Notes: generated by a model not told the origin, from the letters alone. A DNA stretch of 64,000 nucleotides from Escherichia coli O127:H6 str. E2348/69 (GCF_000026545.1 NC_011601.1); one strand, 5' to 3'. Shown: positions 30,530 through 42,982, counted from the stretch's first letter. Translations and numbers: made by a program.

Positions 30530-31669
30530 TTATCGCTGCGGCAAATAACGCAGCGGGTTTACGGATTTCCCCTTGTAACGAATTTCAAAATGCAAGCGTG
30601 TTGAACTGGTTCCGGTGCTACCCATGGTTGCTATTTTTTGCCCCGCCTTCACTTCTTGTTGTTCCCGGACCAGCATTGTGTCGTTATGGGCGTAGGCACT
30701 CAGGTAATCATCATTATGTTTGATGATAATCAGATTACCGTAGCCGCGCAGCGCGTTACCGGCATAAACAACGCGGCCATCTGCGGTCGCGATAATTGCC
30801 TGTCCTTTGCTGCCTGCGATATCAATCCCCTTGTTGCCCCCCTCAGAAGCGCCAAAGGTTTCGATCACTTTGCCCTCAGTCGGCCAGCGCCAGGTGGAGA
30901 TAGGCGTACTGGTTGATGTACTGCTGACAGTCGGCTCGGTTGTGCTTGCTGTTGGTACCGTTACAGGCGCTGTGACCGTGGTCGCAGTTGGCTTGTTGTT
31001 CGGCAACATTTTGTTAGCACTCTGTTCACCCGAAGACTCAGAATACGTAATTGTCGGTTGCGACGCAACAGCAACGGTGGAATTTTGTGCAGGCTTGATC
31101 ACAACTCCTTGCTCTGCTGCGTCGGCCTGGGTAATGGCATTTCCGCCTGTGATTGGCGTACCGGAAGCATTACCCACCTGTAAGGTCTGACCGACGTTCA
31201 GCGCGTATGGTGCCTGAATATTGTTGCGCTGAGCAAGGTCACGGAAATCGTTGCCAGTAATCCAGGCGATATAGAAAAGCGTGTCGCCTTTTTTCACGGT
31301 GTATGTACTGCCGCTATAACTGCCTTTCGGAATGTTCCCATACTGACGGTTGTAGACGATTCGTCCGTTTTCCATCTGTACCGGCTGCTGAGCTACTGGC
31401 TGCACTGGCTGGATTTGCGGTTGTTGAGTAGCCTGAATTTGTGGCTGCTGTACCGGCTGAATTTGCGGTTGCTGTGCTGTAGACGTCGTCCCCATTTTCG
31501 GCGGCGGCGTAATCAACATACCAGAATGGGTATTTGCAGGCGCATTGCCATTAACGGAGCTGACCGGTGCCGGTGGATTTGAAGTGTCAGAACAGCCTGC
31601 CAGCCATAGCGAAACCAGTGACAAAGCCGCAATGCGGCGAACGGTGAATTTTGGGCTTCCCGCGCTCAT
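30530..31669 (-). CDS. nlpD: Murein hydrolase activator lipoprotein NlpD (379 aa)
   Basis: Lipoprotein signal LAGCS, LysM domain, C-terminal LytM/M23 domain; known to contain the rpoS promoter. Confidence 0.95.
   Translation of the reverse strand: MSAGSPKFTVRRIAALSLVSLWLAGCSDTSNPPAPVSSVNGNAPANTHSGMLITPPPKMGTTSTAQQPQIQPVQQPQIQATQQPQIQPVQPVAQQPVQMENGRIVYNRQYGNIPKGSYSGSTYTVKKGDTLFYIAWITGNDFRDLAQRNNIQAPYALNVGQTLQVGNASGTPITGGNAITQADAAEQGVVIKPAQNSTVAVASQPTITYSESSGEQSANKMLPNNKPTATTVTAPVTVPTASTTEPTVSSTSTSTPISTWRWPTEGKVIETFGASEGGNKGIDIAGSKGQAIIATADGRVVYAGNALRGYGNLIIIKHNDDYLSAYAHNDTMLVREQQEVKAGQKIATMGSTGTSSTRLHFEIRYKGKSVNPLRYLPQR
31407..31478 (-). repeat. Three imperfect 24-bp tandem repeats inside nlpD encoding the QQPQIQ(P/A)(V/T) linker
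   Basis: ctggatttgcggttgttgagtagc / ctgaatttgtggctgctgtaccgg / ctgaatttgcggttgctgtgctgt read from the sequence. Confidence 0.55.
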
Positions 31670-31808
31670 TTATCCCCCAGGAAAAATTGGTTAATAACCA
31701 GTGACATAATTACCGTGCAAGGCACCATACTGAACACTGGAAAAGATGTTCACGATACGCTGACTTGCGGCAAAATAACCAGGAAAAATCCAGGTATTTC
31801 CTCACGTT

Positions 31809-33170
<1,362 letters not shown>

Positions 33171-33190
<20 letters not shown>

Positions 33191-34220
33191 AATCACCTGT
33201 TGTGTTGATAAGTTCCCTGACAACGCTGGTTGCAAAACTTCCCGCCGGAAGCCAGAAACGGATTTCTACGGTGACATCATCCCACCAGTTCCAGCTTAAT
33301 TGTTGCGGATACAGCAGCATCGCTCTGCGCGCGGCTTCAACTTTTTCGCGCACCAGTAAGGTTTGTAATTCAGTTTCTTCGGCGACAGCTGCTTGTTCGA
33401 ATGCCAGCGCTTCACGCTGAGTTCCCCACTCGCCACTGCCCGGCAATGCGGCGGTTATCATCAGCTCTTTATCGTTGACGCGACGCTGTAATTCCGCCAG
33501 TTCTTCGGTGGTTGCGACAAACCAGCTACCACGTCCGGCTAATTGTAGCGCATCGCCGTCAACAACTTGATTAACGTCTGCTTTTTTGAGGCGCTCAGCA
33601 ACAATCTGATTAAAAAACGCACTGCGGGCTGCCGACAACCAAAAACTCCGTTTATTGCGATCGCGCACCGGAGTATTGGTTTGCGCCCAGCGCAGCGCAC
33701 CCTGCAAGTTGCTACCGCCAATCCCAAAACGTTGGGCACCGAAGTAGTTCGGTACACCTTTTACGCAAATATCGATCAGACGTTGTTCAACGTCATCGCG
33801 ATTGCTCACTTCGCGTAGTACCAGGGTAAAGGCGTTACCTTTCAGCGCCCCTAAACGCAGCTTGCGCTTGTGCCGCGCATACTGCAGCACCTGGCAGCCT
33901 TCCAGTTGAAAGGCGCTCAGATCGGGCATCTCTTTGCCCGGCACGCGAGCGCATAACCACTGTTCCGTAACAGCATGTTTATCTTTTTGCCCAGCGAAGC
34001 TGACTTCACGGGTATGAATTTTCAGGAATTTCGCCAGTGCATCCGCCACAAAACGGGTATTGCAGCCGTTTTTGAGGATTCTAACCAGAATATGCTCACC
34101 TTCACCATCAGGCTCAAAGCCCAAATCTTCCACCACCACAAAGTCTTCCGGATTGGCTTTCAGCAGCCCGGTGCCTTGCGGTTTACCGTGGAGGTAAGTG
34201 AGATTATCAAACTCAATCAT
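33171..34220 (-). CDS. truD: tRNA pseudouridine(13) synthase TruD
   Basis: 349 aa, TruD family. Confidence 0.95.
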
Positions 34221-34696
34221 TTTGTTGCCTTAATGAGTAGCGCCACCGCTTCACAGGCAATCCCTTCCCCACGTCCGGTAAATCCCAGTTTTTCCGTAGT
34301 AGTGGCTTTCACGTTAACATCATCCATATGGCAGCCGAGATCTTCGGCAATAAACACGCGCATTTGTGGAATGTGCGGCAACATCTTCGGTGCCTGAGCG
34401 ATGATAGTGACATCGACGTTGCCGAGGGCATAACCTTTCGCCTGAATACGACGCCAGGCTTCGCGCAACAGCTCGCGGCTGTCGGCACCTTTAAATGCCG
34501 GATCGGTATCCGGGAACAGCTTGCCGATATCTCCCTGCGCCGCCGCGCCAAGCAATGCATCGGTCAACGCATGGAGCGCCACGTCGCCATCAGAATGCGC
34601 CAGCAATCCTTTTTCGTAAGGAATGCGTACGCCACCAATGATAATTGGGCCTTCACCGCCAAAGGCGTGTACGTCAAAACCGTGTCCAATTCGCAT
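34217..34696 (-). CDS. ispF: 2-C-methyl-D-erythritol 2,4-cyclodiphosphate synthase
   Basis: 159 aa, [13 protein letters not shown]... signature. Confidence 0.95.
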   Translation of the reverse strand: MRIGHGFDVHAFGGEGPIIIGGVRIPYEKGLLAHSDGDVALHALTDALLGAAAQGDIGKLFPDTDPAFKGADSRELLREAWRRIQAKGYALGNVDVTIIAQAPKMLPHIPQMRVFIAEDLGCHMDDVNVKATTTEKLGFTGRGEGIACEAVALLIKATK

Positions 34697-35406
34697 TATG
34701 TATTCTCCTGATGGATGGTTCGGGTGAGGTAAAATTCGGCCAGCGCCAAATCCTCCGGGCGCGTTACCTTGATGTTATCCGCGCGGCCTTCAACAAGTTG
34801 CGGATGAAAACCGCAATATTCCAGCGCCGAGGCCTCATCGGTAATGGTAGCGCCTTCATTTAGAGCGCGCGTCAGGCAGTCATGTAACAGCTCACGAGGG
34901 AAAAATTGCGGCGTCAGTGCGTGCCATAAGCCATTGCGATCAACGGTGTGAGCAATGGCATTTTTACCCGTCTCGGCGCGTTTCATCGTATCGCGCACCG
35001 GCGCAGCGAGGATCCCTCCCGTGCGGCTGGTTTCGCTCAACGCCAACAGGCGCGCGAGGTCATCCTGATGCAGACAAGGACGAGCGGCGTCATGCACCAA
35101 TACCCACTGCGCGTCGCCAGCGGCTTTCAGACCTGCCAGCACGGAATCGGCACGCTCTTCACCACCATCAACAACCGTGATTTGTGGATGATTCGCCAGA
35201 GGAAGTTGTGCAAAGCGGCTATCGCCAGGACTTATGGCAATGACGACACGTTTCACCCTGGGATGCGCCAGCAGCGCATGCACCGAGTGTTCAAGAATGG
35301 TTTGATTACCGATTGAGAGATATTGCTTAGGACATTCCGTTTGCATTCGGCGGCCAAATCCGGCCGCCGGAACCACGGCGCAAACATCCAAATGAGTAGT
35401 TGCCAT
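34696..35406 (-). CDS. ispD: 2-C-methyl-D-erythritol 4-phosphate cytidylyltransferase
   Basis: 236 aa; 1-nt overlap with ispF. Confidence 0.95.
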   Translation of the reverse strand: MATTHLDVCAVVPAAGFGRRMQTECPKQYLSIGNQTILEHSVHALLAHPRVKRVVIAISPGDSRFAQLPLANHPQITVVDGGEERADSVLAGLKAAGDAQWVLVHDAARPCLHQDDLARLLALSETSRTGGILAAPVRDTMKRAETGKNAIAHTVDRNGLWHALTPQFFPRELLHDCLTRALNEGATITDEASALEYCGFHPQLVEGRADNIKVTRPEDLALAEFYLTRTIHQENT

Positions 35407-35424
35407 GTTAATTCCCGGGCTGAT

Positions 35425-35736
35425 TTATCGATTGTTTTGCCCCGCAGACTGTGCGCGCTTTGACGCGTCAGGCACCAGACGATAAAACGTTTCGCCCGGC
35501 CTGGTCATGCTGAGTTCATTACGCGCACGCTCTTCGAGCGCCTCCTGGCCGCCATTGAGATCGTCAATTTCGGCAAAAAGCTGATCGTTTCGCGCTTTAA
35601 GTTTCGCGTTTGTAGCTTGCTGTGCCGCCACATCATTATTGACGCGAGTATAGTCATGTATACCGTTCTTACCGAACCACAGCGAATACTGTAGCCAGAC
35701 CAGAATAGCCAGCAACAGCAGCGTTAGTTTACCCAT
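35425..35736 (-). CDS. ftsB: Cell division protein FtsB
   Basis: 103 aa, N-terminal TM segment and coiled coil. Confidence 0.93.
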
Positions 35737-35928
35737 CCTGCCCCCTGAAAAACGGCATCTTCATCCCATGCATCCGAAGACGACTCTACATCCTCTGTTG
35801 GGGATACCGCGACAACGCGGGCAAATGTACCACATTTGTCCATTGTTACGTATACCCAGGGCGTGCAGAACATAATCTCATTATTAGTTACGGATTGAAT
35901 TATGAACAGAATAGAGAGGAAAGAACAA

Positions 35929-36252
35929 TTAACCCAGTAGCCACATAAACAGCGCACCAAACATAATGCCAACCGTCGCCAGAGTGAAAACAATACTGTA
36001 GCGTAGCTTTCCGTCCATCAATGAATGCAGTGCAATCCCCACCACCACTGCGACGGGCATCAGCGCCAGAAAGAAAGGCCAGGTGTAGATAAAAAAGAGC
36101 AGCGTGTTAGAGCCATAAATCAACATCGGAATTGCCAACGCGCACAGCCACGATAAAAAACCAACCACAGCGCCTGGCAGCGACCATGTGGTGTCTTCAA
36201 CCTCAGTAAGGCTGTCGTTATTTGTTAATGTAATGTTGTGGCTGTTACGCAT
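35929..36252 (-). CDS. ygbE: Inner membrane protein YgbE (DUF3561)
   Basis: 107-aa membrane protein in conserved position upstream of ftsB. Confidence 0.85.
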   Translation of the reverse strand: MRNSHNITLTNNDSLTEVEDTTWSLPGAVVGFLSWLCALAIPMLIYGSNTLLFFIYTWPFFLALMPVAVVVGIALHSLMDGKLRYSIVFTLATVGIMFGALFMWLLG

Positions 36253-36301
36253 ATCTGATCCTGTTACTTTGACGAACCGGGCATGAAAACCCGGTGGTGT
36301 C

Positions 36302-36907
36302 TCAGGATCTGATAATATCGTTCTGTCTCAACAGATCTAATAATTGCTGTACCAAATTTGTTACTAATTGTTCACCATTGAGATGAATTTCTGCCGATTC
36401 AGGCGCTTCGTAAACGGAATCTATTCCCGTAAAGTTGCGCAGTTCACCGGCACGCGCTTTCTTATATAAACCTTTTGGATCGCGGGCTTCGCAAATCGCC
36501 AGCGGCGTATCGACAAACACTTCGATAAAGCGCCCTTCTCCTACGCGTTCGCGAACCATCTGGCGTTCGGCGCGGTGTGGCGAGATAAATGCGGTCAGCA
36601 CCACCAGTCCGGCTTCAACCATCAAATTCGCCACTTCACCGACGCGACGGATATTCTCTTTACGGTCGGCATCGCTAAAACCGAGATCGCTGCATAATCC
36701 GTGGCGAACATTGTCGCCATCCAGCAGATACGTACTGACGCCAAGTTTATGTAACGCCTCCTCCAGCGCCCCCGCGACGGTTGATTTACCGGAACCAGAG
36801 AGGCCGGTAAACCACAGCACAACACCACGATGACCGTGGTGCTGTTCGCGTTGTTGCGGAGTTACTGGGTGGCTATGCCAGACGACGTTTTCGTCATGCA
36901 GCGCCAT
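36302..36907 (-). CDS. cysC: Adenylyl-sulfate kinase
   Basis: 201 aa, P-loop GLSGSGKST. Confidence 0.95.
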   Translation of the reverse strand: MALHDENVVWHSHPVTPQQREQHHGHRGVVLWFTGLSGSGKSTVAGALEEALHKLGVSTYLLDGDNVRHGLCSDLGFSDADRKENIRRVGEVANLMVEAGLVVLTAFISPHRAERQMVRERVGEGRFIEVFVDTPLAICEARDPKGLYKKARAGELRNFTGIDSVYEAPESAEIHLNGEQLVTNLVQQLLDLLRQNDIIRS

Positions 36908-38334
36908 TATTTATCTCCTAGCAAATCGCGCGCGCCCCAGTGCGGAAAGTGGCGGCGAACCAGAGCATTCAATTCCAGTTCGAATACACTGAATTGAGAT
37001 GGCGCAGCAGTTGCCTGGCTAACTGGCTCGTGCACCATACCGGCACCTACGGTCACATTGCTCAGGCGATCGATTAAAATCAGCCCACCGGTCACCGGAT
37101 TTTGCTGATAACGATCTAACACCAGTGGCTCGTCAAAAGTGAGATCCACCAGGCCGATGCCGTTCAGCGGCAGGTTTTCAACTTCGCGTTGGGTAAGGTT
37201 ATTGATATCAACCTGATAACGAATGCCATCAACACGAGCACGCGTCTTCTTACCGGCAATTTTGATGTCATAACTCTGGCCCGGGGAAAGCGGCTGTTCC
37301 GCCATCCATACCACATCCACCGACGCGCTCTGCACAGCCGGTAACGTTTCGTCTGCCGCCAGCAGCAGATCGCCACGGCTAATGTCGATCTCATCCGTCA
37401 GCACCAGGGTGATCGCTTCTCCGGCAAAGGCTTCTTCGCGATCGCCATCAAAAGTCACGATCCGCGCGACGTTTGATTCCACACCAGAGGGCAGCACTTT
37501 GACACGTTGCCCGACTTCCACGCGACCGGATGCCAGCGTTCCGGCGTAGCCACGAAAATCGAGATTCGGACGGTTAACGTACTGCACCGGGAAGCGCATT
37601 GGCTGAGCATCCACCACTCGCTGGATCTCCACGGTTTCCAGCACTTCCAGCAGTGTCGGACCGCTGTACCACGGCATACTTTCACTTTGCGAAGCCACGT
37701 TGTCGCCTTCCAGTGCGGAGAGCGGCACAAAGCGGATATCCAGATTACCCGGCAGCAGCCCGGCAAAAGTCAGATAATCTTCACGAATACGGGTGAACGT
37801 CTCTTCACTGTAATCCACCAGATCCATTTTGTTGATCGCCACGACCAGATGTTTGATCCCCAACAGTGTGGAGATAAAACTGTGACGACGGGTTTGATCG
37901 AGCACGCCTTTACGGGCATCGATCAGTAAGATCGCCAGTTCACATGTCGATGCGCCAGTCGCCATATTGCGGGTGTACTGCTCGTGCCCTGGGGTGTCGG
38001 CGATAATAAATTTACGCTTCTCGGTAGAGAAATAGCGGTAGGCCACATCAATAGTGATGCCCTGTTCGCGCTCAGCTTGCAGGCCGTCCACCAGCAGTGC
38101 CAGATCCAGCTTTTCGCCCTGGGTGCCGTGACGCTTACTGTCGTTATGCAGCGATGAGAGCTGATCTTCGTAGATTTGGCGGGTATCGTGCAGCAGGCGA
38201 CCAATCAGGGTACTTTTGCCGTCATCGACGCTACCACAGGTCAGAAAACGCAGCAGGCTTTTATGTTGTTGCGCAATCATCCAGGCTTCGACGCCGCCTT
38301 CATTGGCGATTTGTTGTGCAAGTGCGGTGTTCAT
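36907..38334 (-). CDS. cysN: Sulfate adenylyltransferase subunit 1 (GTPase)
   Basis: 475 aa, EF-Tu-like GTPase motifs. Confidence 0.95.
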   Translation of the reverse strand: MNTALAQQIANEGGVEAWMIAQQHKSLLRFLTCGSVDDGKSTLIGRLLHDTRQIYEDQLSSLHNDSKRHGTQGEKLDLALLVDGLQAEREQGITIDVAYRYFSTEKRKFIIADTPGHEQYTRNMATGASTCELAILLIDARKGVLDQTRRHSFISTLLGIKHLVVAINKMDLVDYSEETFTRIREDYLTFAGLLPGNLDIRFVPLSALEGDNVASQSESMPWYSGPTLLEVLETVEIQRVVDAQPMRFPVQYVNRPNLDFRGYAGTLASGRVEVGQRVKVLPSGVESNVARIVTFDGDREEAFAGEAITLVLTDEIDISRGDLLLAADETLPAVQSASVDVVWMAEQPLSPGQSYDIKIAGKKTRARVDGIRYQVDINNLTQREVENLPLNGIGLVDLTFDEPLVLDRYQQNPVTGGLILIDRLSNVTVGAGMVHEPVSQATAAPSQFSVFELELNALVRRHFPHWGARDLLGDK

Positions 38335-38335
38335 C

Positions 38336-39244
38336 TTAAAAATACCCCTGACGTTTTTTCAGCTCCATAGACCCCGCCTGGTCGCGGTCAATCACGCGGC
38401 CCTGACGTTCACTGGTGGTGGAAACCAGCATCTCTTCGATGATCTCCGGCAGTGTTTGTGCATTTGACTCCACCGCACCGGTCAGCGGCCAGCAGCCCAG
38501 CGTACGGAAACGCACCATCCGTTTTTTAATCACTTCGCCCGGTTGCAGGTCGATACGGTTGTCATCAATCATCATCAACATACCGTCGCGTTCCAGAACC
38601 GGACGTTCCGCAGCGAGATACAGCGGCACAATGTCGATATTTTCCAGCCAGATGTATTGCCAGATATCCTGCTCGGTCCAGTTAGAGAGCGGGAAGACGC
38701 GGATGCTTTCGCCTTTGTTAATTTGCCCGTTGTAGTTGTGCCACAGCTCCGGGCGCTGATTTTTCGGATCCCAGCGATGGAAGCGGTCACGGAAAGAGTA
38801 GATTCGCTCTTTAGCGCGGGATTTCTCTTCGTCACGGCGCGCGCCACCGAAGGCGGCATCAAAACCGTATTTGTTCAGCGCCTGTTTCAGGCCTTCGGTT
38901 TTCATAATATCGGTATGTTTCGCGCTGCCGTGTACGAATGGATTAATCCCCATCGCCACGCCTTCCGGGTTTTTATGCACCAGCAGCTCGCAGCCGTAGG
39001 CTTTCGCCGTACGATCGCGGAACTCATACATCTCGCGGAATTTCCAGCCGGTATCGACATGCAGCAACGGGAAAGGCAGCGTACCTGGATAAAACGCCTT
39101 GCGCGCCAGATGCAGCATGACGCTGGAATCTTTACCGATAGAGTAGAGCATCACCGGATTTGAGAATTCTGCAGCCACCTCGCGAATAATGTGGATGCTT
39201 TCCGCCTCCAGTTGCCGCAGGTGGGTAAGTCGTTTTTGATCCAT
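38336..39244 (-). CDS. cysD: Sulfate adenylyltransferase subunit 2
   Basis: 302 aa, PAPS-reductase-like fold. Confidence 0.95.
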   Translation of the reverse strand: MDQKRLTHLRQLEAESIHIIREVAAEFSNPVMLYSIGKDSSVMLHLARKAFYPGTLPFPLLHVDTGWKFREMYEFRDRTAKAYGCELLVHKNPEGVAMGINPFVHGSAKHTDIMKTEGLKQALNKYGFDAAFGGARRDEEKSRAKERIYSFRDRFHRWDPKNQRPELWHNYNGQINKGESIRVFPLSNWTEQDIWQYIWLENIDIVPLYLAAERPVLERDGMLMMIDDNRIDLQPGEVIKKRMVRFRTLGCWPLTGAVESNAQTLPEIIEEMLVSTTSERQGRVIDRDQAGSMELKKRQGYF

Positions 39245-39495
39245 AACCGTTCCTTTGCAATACCGCTATTTTCTTGCCATCAGATGTTTCGACTATAGGG
39301 AGCGTAAGAGAACGAATGAAATTACCAATTAGAATGAGTAGTTCCTTAACGGAATAACGATTTGGCAAAGCTAATATCAAAAAGTGCTTAAGGCACCGGA
39401 TTTCGGGCGTTTAGGAAGATTTGAAATTGTTTTAGCGCAGCGGCAGTTTCATACTATGGCGGTAAAAAAATTTGCATGGTATTTAAGGACTCACT

Positions 39496-40533
39496 ATGTT
39501 TTCCGCATTGCGCCACCGTACCGCTGCCCTGGCGCTCGGCGTATGCTTTATTCTCCCCGTACACGCCTCGTCACCTAAACCTGGCGATTTTGCTAATACC
39601 CAGGCACGACATATTGCTACTTTCTTTCCGGGACGCATGACCGGAACTCCTGCAGAAATGTTATCTGCCGATTATATTCGCCAACAGTTTCAGCAAATGG
39701 GTTATCGCAGTGATATTCGGACATTTAATAGTCGGTATATTTATACCGCCCGCGATAATCGCAAGAGCTGGCATAACGTGACGGGAAGTACGGTGATTGC
39801 CGCTCATGAAGGCAAAGCGCCGCAGCAGATCATCATTATGGCGCATCTGGATACTTACGCCCCGCTGAGCGATGCTGACGCCGATGCCAATCTCGGCGGG
39901 CTAACGTTACAAGGAATGGATGATAACGCCGCAGGTTTAGGTGTCATGCTGGAACTGGCTGAACGCCTGAAAAATACGCCTACCGAGTATGGTATTCGAT
40001 TTGTGGCGACCAGCGGCGAAGAGGAAGGAAAATTAGGCGCTGAGAATTTACTCAAGCGGATGAGTGACACCGAAAAGAAAAATACGCTGCTGGTGATTAA
40101 TCTCGATAACTTAATTGTTGGCGATAAGCTGTATTTCAACAGTGGCGTAAAAACACCTGAAGCAGTAAGGAAATTAACGCGCGACCGGGCGCTGGCAATT
40201 GCCCGCAGCCATGGAATTGCCGCCACCACAAATCCAGGTTTGAATAAAAACTATCCGAAAGGCACCGGGTGTTGTAATGACGCAGAAATATTCGACAAAG
40301 CCGGTATTGCTGTACTTTCGGTGGAAGCGACTAACTGGAATCTTGGCAATAAGGATGGTTATCAGCAACGCGCAAAAACAGCCGCATTCCCTGCAGGAAA
40401 TAGCTGGCATGACGTAAGACTGGATAATCAACAGCATATTGATAAGGCACTTCCTGGAAGAATAGAACGCCGCTGCCGTGATGTTATGCGGATAATGCTA
40501 CCGCTGGTGAAGGAGCTGGCGAAGGCATCTTAA
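39496..40533 (+). CDS. iap: Alkaline phosphatase isozyme conversion aminopeptidase Iap
   Basis: 345 aa, signal peptide and M28-family peptidase motifs. Confidence 0.9.
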   Translation: MFSALRHRTAALALGVCFILPVHASSPKPGDFANTQARHIATFFPGRMTGTPAEMLSADYIRQQFQQMGYRSDIRTFNSRYIYTARDNRKSWHNVTGSTVIAAHEGKAPQQIIIMAHLDTYAPLSDADADANLGGLTLQGMDDNAAGLGVMLELAERLKNTPTEYGIRFVATSGEEEGKLGAENLLKRMSDTEKKNTLLVINLDNLIVGDKLYFNSGVKTPEAVRKLTRDRALAIARSHGIAATTNPGLNKNYPKGTGCCNDAEIFDKAGIAVLSVEATNWNLGNKDGYQQRAKTAAFPAGNSWHDVRLDNQQHIDKALPGRIERRCRDVMRIMLPLVKELAKAS

Positions 40534-40632
40534 TGGGTTTGAAATGATTACTCCCTTGCCTGCAGGAAATCAATGCCACCAGAAACAGAGTATAAAAAAG
40601 GGTGCAGGAGACCAAACCATCACAATTCAGTA

Positions 40633-40651
40633 CGCGGGGTTTTACCCCGCG
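40633..40651 (-). terminator. Stem-loop (cgcgggg-tttta-ccccgcg) immediately 3' of the hok pseudogene
   Basis: 7-bp perfect stem read from the sequence, located just after the hok stop codon on the minus strand. Confidence 0.4.
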
Positions 40652-40657
40652 TGGTGG

Positions 40658-40809
40658 CTACTTCTTCGATTCGTAAGCGAGAACTGCCTTAAACTCCATA
40701 CCACGTTCTCTGATACTCAACTCACACAACGAGTCGCCTACCATCAACGTGAATCCCAGTACTGTACAACACAGTACGATGATTGCCACAAGGGCATATT
40801 TTGTCAGCA
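40658..40809 (-). pseudogene. hok: hok-family (HokE-like) type I toxin gene, inactivated by a 1-nt deletion
   Basis: Minus-strand translation [23 protein letters not shown] then a stop, followed out of frame by [26 protein letters not shown], which matches the Hok/Gef family (Hok[15 protein letters not shown]...LVGDSLCEF...[12 protein letters not shown], from memory). Restoring one G in 'atg(g)tagg' gives an intact 50-aa ORF. Confidence 0.7.
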
Positions 40810-40828
40810 TGTCTGTGTAAGTTCACAG

Positions 40829-41900
40829 AGATATTGCAATTGCCTCCGGATAAGTAAGGGGAGATTGCACTATGCAAATGCAGCATCTGATGGTTGGCTA
40901 TCCTAAGTACTACCAAACGGCCGATTATGCGTTGAGGCTTTCAGTGATGGCTGATATAGCAACAATGAGAATGAAGGCTCTGCACTTCTGGGATAAACAC
41001 GGTATTTCTGCAGCTTCTGAAGCCTTTGGCGTGTCCTGCCGCACGCTTTACTGGTGGCGTCAGTTACTGAACAAGGAAGGACCTGAGGGGCTAATCCCGC
41101 ACAGTAAGGCACCTCTGGTGCGACGAAAAAAACACTGGCATCCCGATGTGCTGAAAGAGATTCGACGCCTCAGGACAGAGCTGCCGAACCTCGGTAAAGA
41201 GCAGATTTTTGTTCGCCTGAAGCCCTGGTGCGAACAGCGCTATCTGGCCTGTCCGAGTGTTTCCACCATCGGCAGAATGATCGCTGCCGCACATGATAAA
41301 ATGCGGATGATACCTGTGCGTCTGGGATCGCGGGGGAAGGCACTGCTTGTCAAAAAGCGGTCTGCCAAACCCCGCAGGCCAAAGCACTACCGCCCGGTAA
41401 AGACAGGTGAGCTCATTGGGATGGACGCCATTGAGCTCAGAATGGGCGAACTGCGTCGCTATGTCATCACCATGATCGACGAATGCAGCAATTACGCGCT
41501 GGCGCTGGCTGTGCCGTCACTCAACAGTGATATCGTCAATCACTTCTTCAGCCGCGCAGCCCGGTTGTTCCCGGTCGGTATCAGCCAGATAATCACAGAT
41601 AACGGAAAAGAGTTCCTGGGAAACTTCGACAAAACGCTGCAGGAAGCCGCTATCAAACACCTCTGGACCTATCCCTACACGCCAAAAATGAACGCTATCT
41701 GTGAACGTTTTAACCGGACGTTAAGAGAGCAGTTTATTGAATTTAATGAGATTTTACTCTTTGAAGATCTGGCGCTATTTAACCAGAAGCTGGCGGAATA
41801 TCTGGTGCTGTATAACAGCAAAAGACCCCACAAGGCGCTCGCACTAATGACGCCCGTGGAATATATTTTAAAAGAGAATAAAAATTGCAATATGTGGTGG
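40829..41900 (+). mobile_element. Approximate extent of an IS481-family-like insertion sequence; boundaries tentative
   Basis: Single DDE (rve) transposase ORF. Candidate terminal inverted repeats 'atattgcaatt' at the left (about 40829) and its reverse complement within 'aaaaattgcaatatg' at about 41886-41900. No clean target-site duplication was found. Confidence 0.4.
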
Positions 41901-42146
41901 ACCCATACAATGTCTTGCCTCCTTGCAAAGAAGAGACTAACATCCGAATTGCTTAGGTTCGAACGTAGGCCTCAGGTTGATAGAAATATCGCCTGGGGCT
42001 TTTGTCCATCTGGAACCTCGCGAATGCTTAACGCCAGACAGCCTCAAGCACCCAACGCCATTCTATACCTGTTAATTTTCCCTGCGATGTTCACCTTTAA
42101 ATGCCGGAATGCTGCTCGCAAAATAAAAACGCCCCATCATTTCTGA
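40872..42146 (+). CDS. DDE-type (rve/integrase core) transposase with N-terminal HTH, IS481-family-like
   Basis: HTH (ISAASEAFGVSCRTLYWWRQ), DDE residues in GMDAIE / ITDNGKEF / ERFNRTLRE, and C-terminal KRPHKALALMTPVEY. The last ~80 codons of the 424-aa ORF may be read-through into flanking DNA. Confidence 0.7.
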   Translation: MQMQHLMVGYPKYYQTADYALRLSVMADIATMRMKALHFWDKHGISAASEAFGVSCRTLYWWRQLLNKEGPEGLIPHSKAPLVRRKKHWHPDVLKEIRRLRTELPNLGKEQIFVRLKPWCEQRYLACPSVSTIGRMIAAAHDKMRMIPVRLGSRGKALLVKKRSAKPRRPKHYRPVKTGELIGMDAIELRMGELRRYVITMIDECSNYALALAVPSLNSDIVNHFFSRAARLFPVGISQIITDNGKEFLGNFDKTLQEAAIKHLWTYPYTPKMNAICERFNRTLREQFIEFNEILLFEDLALFNQKLAEYLVLYNSKRPHKALALMTPVEYILKENKNCNMWWTHTMSCLLAKKRLTSELLRFERRPQVDRNIAWGFCPSGTSRMLNARQPQAPNAILYLLIFPAMFTFKCRNAARKIKTPHHF

Positions 42147-42174
42147 CAGAGGCGTTTAATTTATCCGGCAATAT

Positions 42175-42909
42175 TTACCCTTCGTGTAATCCACATTCCC
42201 TTTTTAAGCCAAAGAAACGCGTTTCTTCTTCCGCCATGCCGGGTTCCCATTTACGGGTTGTATGGGTATCGCCCACCGATAAATATCCTTCATCCCATAA
42301 TGGGTGATATTTCAGGCCATGTTTTTGCAGGTACTGATAAATAGTTCGGTTATCCCAGTCGATAATCGGCAGCACTTTAAATACGCCACGCTGAATTGCC
42401 AGCACCGGTAAATTGGCGCGACTGCCGGATTGTTCACGGCGCAGGCCAGCAAACCAGGTTTGCGCATTCAGTTCTTTCAGCGCCCGGTTCATCGGTTCGA
42501 CTTTGTTGATGTCATTGTACTTTTCAATGCCTTCAACGCCCTGCTCCCACAGTTTGCCGTAGCGTGCTTCCTGCCAGGCGGCGCTTTCGGTAGCACGATA
42601 CACTTTCAGGTTGAGCTTGAGTTTGTCCGTTAACTCGTCAATAAAGCGGTAGGTTTCCGGGAACAGATAGCCGGTATCGGTGAGGATCACTGGAATATCC
42701 GGGCGAATCTGATTCACCAGATGCAGACTCACCGCCGCCTGAATGCCAAAGCTGGAAGAAAGTACATATTCACCGGGCAGATTATCCAGCGCCCAGGCTA
42801 CGCGGCCTTCAGCGTCCAGTTTTTCCAGTTGGGCGTTAGTTTCCGCCAGCGCCAGAATCCGGTCTACCTTTGGCAGTTCGTTCAGGGCGTTTAGATCGAG
42901 TTTGGACAT
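42175..42909 (-). CDS. cysH: Phosphoadenosine phosphosulfate reductase (244 aa)
   Basis: Conserved [21 protein letters not shown] start; the longer six-frame ORF runs through a REP element and was rejected. Confidence 0.95.
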
Positions 42910-42930
42910 AAGTTCCTCACTGTTTGCCTT

Positions 42931-42966
42931 GCCTGATGCAACGCTTACACGTCTTATCAGGCCTAC
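42931..42966. repeat. REP (repetitive extragenic palindromic) element between cysI and cysH
   Basis: gcctgatgcaacgcttacacgtcttatcaggcctac matches the E. coli REP consensus. Confidence 0.7.
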
Positions 42967-42982
42967 AAGACCAGGCTGATGG

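Noticed and set aside
40534-40657. Possible CRISPR repeat remnant (the ccccgcg-containing hairpin cgcggggttttaccccgcg) downstream of iap
   Set aside because: It shares only the CCCCGCG core with the type I-E repeat, occurs once with no spacer periodicity, and sits exactly at the 3' end of the hok pseudogene, where a terminator hairpin is expected.
40544-40906. 120-aa plus-strand ORF between iap and the transposase
   Set aside because: Low-complexity Cys/His-rich translation with no ribosome-binding site, lying antisense to the recognisable hok-family reading frame.
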